Source of the DNA: an uncultured Gammaproteobacteria bacterium
GTDB lineage: Bacteria > Patescibacteriota > Patescibacteriia > UBA10025 > JAHIVO01
DNA: 64,000 nucleotides
NCBI GenBank assembly: GCA_964592105.1
Contig: CAZQBL010000004.1
Coordinates: 2,256-66,255 of the forward strand
Direction of reading: 5' to 3'
Made by a program: the position numbers and the translations under genes. Positions within the stretch are counted from its first letter, which is position 1. Each line of letters begins with the position of its first letter. Below are positions 58,153-64,000 of the stretch, piece by piece. The notes under the pieces were generated by a model. That model saw only the letters and a program-made list of their open reading frames with translations. It did no database searches and was not told where the DNA came from.

Positions 58153-59457
58153 ATGAGAATTACGAAATTTCACATTAATCGTTATAAAAGCTTCCTCAGG
58201 CCGTTTCACCTAGAAAAACCGGGGAATATCCATATTTTTATTGGGCCAAATAACACTGGCAAGACAAATATTCTGGATTCTTTGACCCAGCTTTATTCCG
58301 CAGACGATGTCAGACTACTGGACAATAATTCTGATATTAATATTGAGTTTAGGCTTAAAAGCAAGTATGGAAAATTATTAGCAGTTGAACAGAAAAACAG
58401 CCAAAAAAAATTTATCCTTGACGGGGAGAAAATTGAACAAGTGAATGCCGAAGCGATTTTAAAGCATCATTTGGTCAGACTTTGCGCAACGGTGCCTCAC
58501 GACATACCAAAGTTGCAAATGGTCTACGACGAATTTTATCATAATTACCCAGATTTATTTAAAATTTTTCATGATACTCTGCTCAAGTATTTTCCAGAGA
58601 TTAATATCACCGAGAAATTCCTAAAAACAACTTCTCTTCAAGAATTCGGAACAAGTCGCACCTTTGAAAGATTGGGGGCGGGTTTCCAGCAAGTTTTTGT
58701 AATGCTAATGTTTCTCTTTCATCCCGAGTATACTATTCTTCTATTGGAGGAACCAGAAATACATCTTCATCCCGCTTTAATAAAAAAACTTTTGACAGTT
58801 TTTGAAAGAGAAAACTTAGATAATCAGATTTTTTTGACAACTCACTCCCCACTGTTTATTCACCCCAACAATCTTCATCGCATTTTCCGAGTTATTAGAG
58901 AAAACGAATCAACAGTAGTGTATTCGCCGCGCTTGCAGGGAAAGGAAATCGATTACAGTCGTTTAACCCAGGAAATGAATGCCGACAACTGTGAAATGTT
59001 TTTTGCTGATAAGGTTTTGTTGGTCGAGGGTCCTTCTGATCATATTTTGATGCGCGGCTTAATAGATAGATTTTACCAGGGTACCAAAGAAATAAAAGTA
59101 ATTCAGGTTTACGGCAAGAGCAATATTGATATTTATAGTGAATTATTGGAAATGTTTCAAATTCCTTATGCTGTTTTGTTGGATCAGGATGCCTTGAAAG
59201 ACGTTGGTTTGAATCTAATTCAAAAACATATCAAGGATTGGAGTTTTAAAACTGAAAAAAATTTAGCATCGATGCTCAAAAAACATGATATTTTTATTTT
59301 ACCAAATGGCAGTATCGAAAAAAACTATCCACTCAAATACCAAAAACATCACAAACACAAACCACTTAACGCATTTCGCGCCGCGAATAAAATTACTTTA
59401 GACGAATATCGGTCGCCCCTTATGAAAAACATTAGGGAAGTAATCGAAAATCTATAA
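58153..59457 (+). CDS. OLD-family ATP-dependent nuclease (ABC ATPase + TOPRIM)
   Basis: GPNNTGKT, LGAGFQQ, LLEEPEIHLHP, TTHSP, FFADKVLLVEGPSD, LLDQD, GSIE. Confidence 0.85.
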   Translation: MRITKFHINRYKSFLRPFHLEKPGNIHIFIGPNNTGKTNILDSLTQLYSADDVRLLDNNSDINIEFRLKSKYGKLLAVEQKNSQKKFILDGEKIEQVNAEAILKHHLVRLCATVPHDIPKLQMVYDEFYHNYPDLFKIFHDTLLKYFPEINITEKFLKTTSLQEFGTSRTFERLGAGFQQVFVMLMFLFHPEYTILLLEEPEIHLHPALIKKLLTVFERENLDNQIFLTTHSPLFIHPNNLHRIFRVIRENESTVVYSPRLQGKEIDYSRLTQEMNADNCEMFFADKVLLVEGPSDHILMRGLIDRFYQGTKEIKVIQVYGKSNIDIYSELLEMFQIPYAVLLDQDALKDVGLNLIQKHIKDWSFKTEKNLASMLKKHDIFILPNGSIEKNYPLKYQKHHKHKPLNAFRAANKITLDEYRSPLMKNIREVIENL

Positions 59458-59461
59458 TTCT

Positions 59462-60529
59462 ATGAGTACAAAGAAAAAGCCGACTGTTTTTGTGGCCATG
59501 TCCGGAGGCGTCGACTCTTCTGTCGCCGCATTGTTGCTCAAACAACAAGGTTTTGAGGTCACTGGCGTTTATATGAAAAATTGGTCAGATCCGTTGTCTG
59601 CTGAATGCCCATGGCAAAAGGATATCAAAGATTTTCTTAACGTTTGCCGCAAGCTTGGAATCAAACAAAAAATCGAAACATTTGAGGAGGAGTATCGTCG
59701 TAAAGTTGTAAATTATTTAATTTCTGGCTACAAGAAAGGCATTACTCCAAACCCCGATATGCTATGCAACCGTGAAATTAAATTTAAACTTTTCCTTGAT
59801 AAAGCCAGAAAAATGGGAGCCGACTATATAGCCACCGGTCACTATGTCATCAAAAAATCAAAAAAAGATAAATTTCAACTGTGGCAATCCAGGGATTCTC
59901 AAAAAGACCAATCATACTTTTTATCGCTTTTAAATCAAAATCAGCTAAAATATTCCTTGTTTCCTGTAGGCCAGTACCAAAAATCTGATATTAGGAAGAT
60001 AGCCAAGAAAGCTGGGCTGACGGTCCACAATAAAAAGGATAGTCAAGGAATTTGTTTTATCGGAAAAGTGAAATTTAGAAATTTTTTACGACAATTTGTA
60101 AAACCAAAACCAGGCATAGTAAAAAACACGGAAGGTAAAATTGTTGGTAAACACCCAGGATTATCTTTTTTCACCATCGGCCAGAGGCACGGTTTGAATA
60201 TCGGGGGTGGGCGACCGTATTTTGTTGTAAAAAAGATCAAATCCACCAACACTCTGGTAGTGGCTGAAAACCAAAAGGATAAGCACTTATACAGCCGCGG
60301 CCTAAAAACAACTAGTTTTTCTTGGATAGCAGGTCAGGCGCCAAGATTGCCCTTAAAATGCCGGGCTCGTATACGCTACCGTCAACCACTTCAAAAATGC
60401 ACTGTCAAAAAAATAAAAAAACAATTATACATTACTTTTGACAAACCCCAGCGCGCTGTTACGCCCGGTCAATTTGTAGTATTATATAAGGGCGGTCAAA
60501 TGCTCGGTGGTGGAGAAATTTCCATTTAG
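59462..60529 (+). CDS. mnmA: tRNA-specific 2-thiouridylase
   Basis: AMSGGVDSS, TPNPDMLCNREIKF, ATGHY, KDQSYFL, DSQGICFIG, TIGQR, AVTPGQ. Confidence 0.97.
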   Translation: MSTKKKPTVFVAMSGGVDSSVAALLLKQQGFEVTGVYMKNWSDPLSAECPWQKDIKDFLNVCRKLGIKQKIETFEEEYRRKVVNYLISGYKKGITPNPDMLCNREIKFKLFLDKARKMGADYIATGHYVIKKSKKDKFQLWQSRDSQKDQSYFLSLLNQNQLKYSLFPVGQYQKSDIRKIAKKAGLTVHNKKDSQGICFIGKVKFRNFLRQFVKPKPGIVKNTEGKIVGKHPGLSFFTIGQRHGLNIGGGRPYFVVKKIKSTNTLVVAENQKDKHLYSRGLKTTSFSWIAGQAPRLPLKCRARIRYRQPLQKCTVKKIKKQLYITFDKPQRAVTPGQFVVLYKGGQMLGGGEISI

Positions 60530-60560
60530 TAATCAAATTGTACTTAAGACTACTATTAAA

Positions 60561-61241
60561 ATGTTATTTACTTCAAAAAGAAAAATATTGGCAATTATCA
60601 TCGCAGTTATTTTATCGACGCCTTTTATATCCTTAGCAACCACAATTAACCCAACGGATGATCAAAAATTAGGAAATGTGGACACTCTTATCATTGAAAT
60701 ATTTTTGTGGTTTATCTTTATTACTTTAGCTTCATTTGTAACCTATTTTATGGTTAACACTTTTATTTTGATTAGCAATAACCGCAGGTATCGCCGGCAA
60801 CTCCATAAAAATCCAGAAGAAAATAGTGTACAGGCGAAAGATCAAATGGCTAAAATCTTAATTGCAGTTAAAAATGCCGAGAAAAGGTTAGGTTTGTTGG
60901 GTGCAATAATTGTTTTTTTTATAATCGTTTACCTAATACTATCTTCGTACATATATTTACCAACACAGGTGCGCGAGCATATGTGGCAGGTTATTTATTA
61001 CGGTGTAGGATTTCTAACTTTATTGATTATTTTTTACTCTATTTCCTATTTATCACAAAAAATACAATTAAATGGTCTACCTGACGATGATTTGCAAAAG
61101 CAAAGAATATTCAGTAACATTGATAGAACGAAGAGAAAACTTAAAATACTTATTCTTATCGTTTTCTCGCTCATTTTGACATATCTAGTTTTACTAGTTT
61201 CTATCATGAAAGAAATAAATCAACTAAGTTTTTGGCGATAA
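60561..61241 (+). CDS. Hypothetical membrane protein with signal peptide and two similar TM-helix-TM units
   Basis: ORF track 60507; start trimmed to MLFTSKRK to avoid overlap with mnmA. Confidence 0.65.
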   Translation: MLFTSKRKILAIIIAVILSTPFISLATTINPTDDQKLGNVDTLIIEIFLWFIFITLASFVTYFMVNTFILISNNRRYRRQLHKNPEENSVQAKDQMAKILIAVKNAEKRLGLLGAIIVFFIIVYLILSSYIYLPTQVREHMWQVIYYGVGFLTLLIIFYSISYLSQKIQLNGLPDDDLQKQRIFSNIDRTKRKLKILILIVFSLILTYLVLLVSIMKEINQLSFWR

Positions 61242-61250
61242 TTTATCACT

Positions 61251-63080
61251 ATGCGATCCGAAAAAATACGTAAAAAATTTATCGATTTTTTCCTCAAAAA
61301 CAAGCATAAATTAGTTGAGTCGTCTTCTCTCTGGCCCAAAGACGATGCTTCGGTTTTACTTACTACCGCCGGTATGCAACAATTTAAGCCGTTTTTTTTG
61401 GGTATCAGAGATCCGCAAATTGACCTTAATTCTAAAATTTTTGTCTCGTCTCAACGTTGTTTCCGTACTTCCGATATAGATGAGGTTGGCGATGCAACTC
61501 ATGCCACATTTTTTGAAATGCTCGGCAATTTTTCAATCGGCGCCTACTTTAAAGATGAGGCAATTAATTTGGCTTGGAAATTTTTAACCAAGGAACTCCA
61601 TCTTAATATAAAAAAACTGTGGGCCACCTATTTTATTGGTGATAAAAACGTCAAAACTGATTCAGAAACCGTTAAAATCTGGAAAAAATTCCTACCGGAA
61701 CATAGAATCATTGGTTACGGTGCTCATGATAATTGGTGGGGTCCACCCGGCAAGTCTGGCCCTTGTGGACCATGCTCCGAGATTCATTACGATTTTACCA
61801 GTCAACCTTGCGTTAAAAAAGAAAAATGTTTACCTAACTGCGAATGCGGCAGATTTATGGAGCTTTGGAATTTGGTTTTTATGGAATATTATCTCGACGA
61901 AGCTGGCAAGCTCAGCAAGCTTCCCTTCAAAAACATTGATACCGGCATGGGACTTGAACGTTTGGCCCTAATTATGCAAAAAAAACAAAATATTTTTGAA
62001 ACCGATCTATACAGTACTTTAATGCTAAAAATTCGCCAAAACAAAATTTTTGGACAGGTTAGTGAAATAGAAGATTTAATCAGAGCAAGGATAGTTTCGG
62101 ATCATATTAAGGGCAGTGTTTTTCTTCTGGCCGATGGCATTAACTTCGGTAATAAGGAGCAGGGCTACATTTTAAGAAGGATTTTCAGAAGAGCCTTAGA
62201 TCAGTTTCAGTTGCCGAATATAGATTTAAATTTTATTTTTGAACTTGTTGATGTGGTAATCAAAAAGTATGCTAAAAACTTTAAATATTTGAATCATCGT
62301 CGTCAAGACATCTTAGATCAAATGAAAATTGAGTTTGATCAGTATTCAAAAGTCCTCAAACTGAACATAGAAGCCTTGGTCAAAAAAATAAAATCGGAAA
62401 ATAGCAAAAAACAGTTTGGCGAACAGACTGGGCCCTCCGGACGACATCTTTCAGCGCATGAGGTTTTCGTGTTGTATACAACCTATGGTCTGTCACCTGA
62501 TCGACTAAAAAAAATCGGATTTAATTTTAATACCAATGAATTTGAAAAAGAAGTTGAAAAACACCAGGCCATATCTCGGGCTGGTGCCGAAAAAAAATTT
62601 GGTGGCCATGGGCTGAACAGTTCGAAACTTTCCCCAGAACAAAAAAGTAAAATGACCCGTTTTCATACGGCCACTCATTTATTACACCAAGCGCTGCGTC
62701 AAGTTTTGGGCAAAACTGTCAAACAACAAGGATCTGATATTAATTATGAGCGTCTCCGTTTCGACTTTGATTATCCCCAAAAACTTACGCAGGATCAAAT
62801 AAACCAAGTTGAAAAGATGGTCAATGATGTTATAAAAAAGAATTTGCCGGTAACTTTTGAAAAAATGACCTTGGCCGAGGCAATTAGACGCGGTGCCTTA
62901 GCTTTTTTTAAAGAAAAGTACCCCGAAAATGTAACTGTATACTCGATAGGCGACTTCTCCAAAGAAATTTGCGGCGGTCCGCATGTCAAAAATACCTCGG
63001 AAATTGGGGAATTCAAAATAATTTCTGAAAAATCATCTTCAGCCGGAATTCGACGCATAAAAGCAAGTATTCAGCCATAA
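61251..63080 (+). CDS. alaS: Alanine--tRNA ligase, short form lacking the C-Ala domain
   Basis: TTAGMQQFKP, TFFEMLGNFS, GPCGPCSEI, DTGMGLERL, HTATHLL, EICGGPHV, AGIRRIKA. Confidence 0.96.
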   Translation: MRSEKIRKKFIDFFLKNKHKLVESSSLWPKDDASVLLTTAGMQQFKPFFLGIRDPQIDLNSKIFVSSQRCFRTSDIDEVGDATHATFFEMLGNFSIGAYFKDEAINLAWKFLTKELHLNIKKLWATYFIGDKNVKTDSETVKIWKKFLPEHRIIGYGAHDNWWGPPGKSGPCGPCSEIHYDFTSQPCVKKEKCLPNCECGRFMELWNLVFMEYYLDEAGKLSKLPFKNIDTGMGLERLALIMQKKQNIFETDLYSTLMLKIRQNKIFGQVSEIEDLIRARIVSDHIKGSVFLLADGINFGNKEQGYILRRIFRRALDQFQLPNIDLNFIFELVDVVIKKYAKNFKYLNHRRQDILDQMKIEFDQYSKVLKLNIEALVKKIKSENSKKQFGEQTGPSGRHLSAHEVFVLYTTYGLSPDRLKKIGFNFNTNEFEKEVEKHQAISRAGAEKKFGGHGLNSSKLSPEQKSKMTRFHTATHLLHQALRQVLGKTVKQQGSDINYERLRFDFDYPQKLTQDQINQVEKMVNDVIKKNLPVTFEKMTLAEAIRRGALAFFKEKYPENVTVYSIGDFSKEICGGPHVKNTSEIGEFKIISEKSSSAGIRRIKASIQP

Positions 63081-63085
63081 ACTTA

Positions 63086-63113
63086 TTGACATAACTAAAA
63101 TATCTGATATAAT
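63086..63113 (+). promoter_or_regulatory. Consensus sigma70 promoter for infA-rpmJ-rpsM
   Basis: TTGACA-16bp-TATAAT with extended TG. Confidence 0.75.
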
Positions 63114-63196
63114 CAATTTAACATAAAATTTAACATCAAGTTGAATACGCAAGAATTAGTCAAGAAATCGCGAAAATTAGCGAAAAATGGTACTAT

Positions 63197-63225
63197 TCTT
63201 GCCTGATTTATTGGCAAGATTTTTT
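63197..63225 (+). terminator. Terminator-like hairpin within the infA leader
   Basis: TCTTGCC-9nt-GGCAAGA-TTTTTT. Confidence 0.5.
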
Positions 63226-63238
63226 ATTGGATAACACT

Positions 63239-63490
63239 ATGAATCAGCCAATTGGCGACTCAAGCCAATACCGTACAAATAAAAAAGGTTTTATCGAGGT
63301 TGCCGGCACTGTCGAGGAATTATTACCGGCTGCTAATTTTAAAGTAAAGCTGGACAACGGTTATATTATATTTGCACATCTTTCAGGAAAAATGCGTATG
63401 AATAAAATTAAAATACTGCCAGGTGATAAAGTTTTGGTTGAAATGACTCCTTATGACCTAACAAAAGGACGTATAACCTACCGACAATAG
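63239..63490 (+). CDS. infA: Translation initiation factor IF-1
   Basis: [44 protein letters not shown]. Confidence 0.97.
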   Translation: MNQPIGDSSQYRTNKKGFIEVAGTVEELLPAANFKVKLDNGYIIFAHLSGKMRMNKIKILPGDKVLVEMTPYDLTKGRITYRQ

Positions 63491-63494
63491 AATT

Positions 63495-63608
63495 ATGAAA
63501 GTCAGAGCCTCTGTAAAAAAAATTTGTTCGAAATGTCAAATTATAAGACGTAAAAAGAGGGTTTACGTCATTTGTTCAAATCCTAAGCACAAACAACGTC
63601 AAGGATAA
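63495..63608 (+). CDS. rpmJ: 50S ribosomal protein L36 (Zn-binding type)
   Basis: Not in ORF track; [37 protein letters not shown]. Confidence 0.97.
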   Translation: MKVRASVKKICSKCQIIRRKKRVYVICSNPKHKQRQG

Positions 63609-63612
63609 TCAT

Positions 63613-64000
63613 ATGGCCGCACGTATCGCAGGCGTGACCCTGCCCAACAACAAAAGAATTGAAATCGCCTTAACCTATATTTTCGGTATAGGCCTGACTT
63701 CAGCGAATAAAATTCTGGATCAGACACATATAGATAAAAACAAGAGAACTCAGGATTTAACCGATGAAGAAGTTAATAAACTTCGAGAAATCATAGAAAA
63801 AAATTACAAAGTTGAAGGTGAATTGAAGCGCGAAATACTGATGAATATAAAAAGATTAAAAGAAATTGGCAGTTATAGAGGACAACGCCATGCTAAAGGA
63901 CTGCCAGTGCGTGGTCAGCGTACCAAAACCAATTCTCGGACCGTGAGAGGTAATGTTCGAAGAACTATGGGTTCCGGACGTAAACCACCTGCTGAAAAAA
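63613..64000 (+). CDS. rpsM: 30S ribosomal protein S13, runs off right edge
   Basis: Not in ORF track; MAARIAGV...ALTYIFGIG...[23 protein letters not shown]. Confidence 0.97.
   Translation, partial: MAARIAGVTLPNNKRIEIALTYIFGIGLTSANKILDQTHIDKNKRTQDLTDEEVNKLREIIEKNYKVEGELKREILMNIKRLKEIGSYRGQRHAKGLPVRGQRTKTNSRTVRGNVRRTMGSGRKPPAEK

Noticed and set aside
58153-59457. Gabija, PARIS or retron system
   Set aside because: No GajB helicase, separate AriA/AriB pair or reverse transcriptase is adjacent.
61251-63080. Short AlaS as a truncation pseudogene
   Set aside because: Catalytic and editing motifs are intact with a clean end; C-Ala-less AlaRS is a known natural form.

Overview
AT-rich, gene-dense chromosomal window of a small-genome bacterium. 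It is most consistent with Patescibacteria/CPR of the Parcubacteria type; this is inferred from the short AlaS, the sigma4-HARE-HTH protein, the PEGA protein, the stand-alone VirD4-like pair, the presence of L9 and the scarcity of Shine-Dalgarno sites. The genetic code is standard. In order, the window holds: a nonulosonic-acid/surface-glycan cluster (neuC, neuB, broken methyltransferase, GT4, GT2, epimerase, GT-C, rfbB-rfbD-NUDIX-rfbA); murA-ctpA-acyP-rplI-pyrG; rpmA; a type IV pilus operon with unusually large minor pilins; a second GT-C; mraY-murD-ftsW-murG-murC-[inverted AccB-like orphan]-murB; an arginine decarboxylase + PurD-like ATP-grasp + decayed deoxyhypusine-synthase-like gene; secA, miaB-like, a propeller/L,D-transpeptidase, secD (parvulin insert)-secF; a VirD4-like pair, an OLD-family nuclease, mnmA, alaS, and infA-rpmJ-rpsM. 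No rRNA, tRNA, CRISPR array or transposase was recognised. The best candidate for an undescribed system is the speA / PurD-like ligase / DHS-remnant operon (40378-43596), whose third gene is invisible in the ORF track. All family calls are by eye from remembered motifs, not from database searches.
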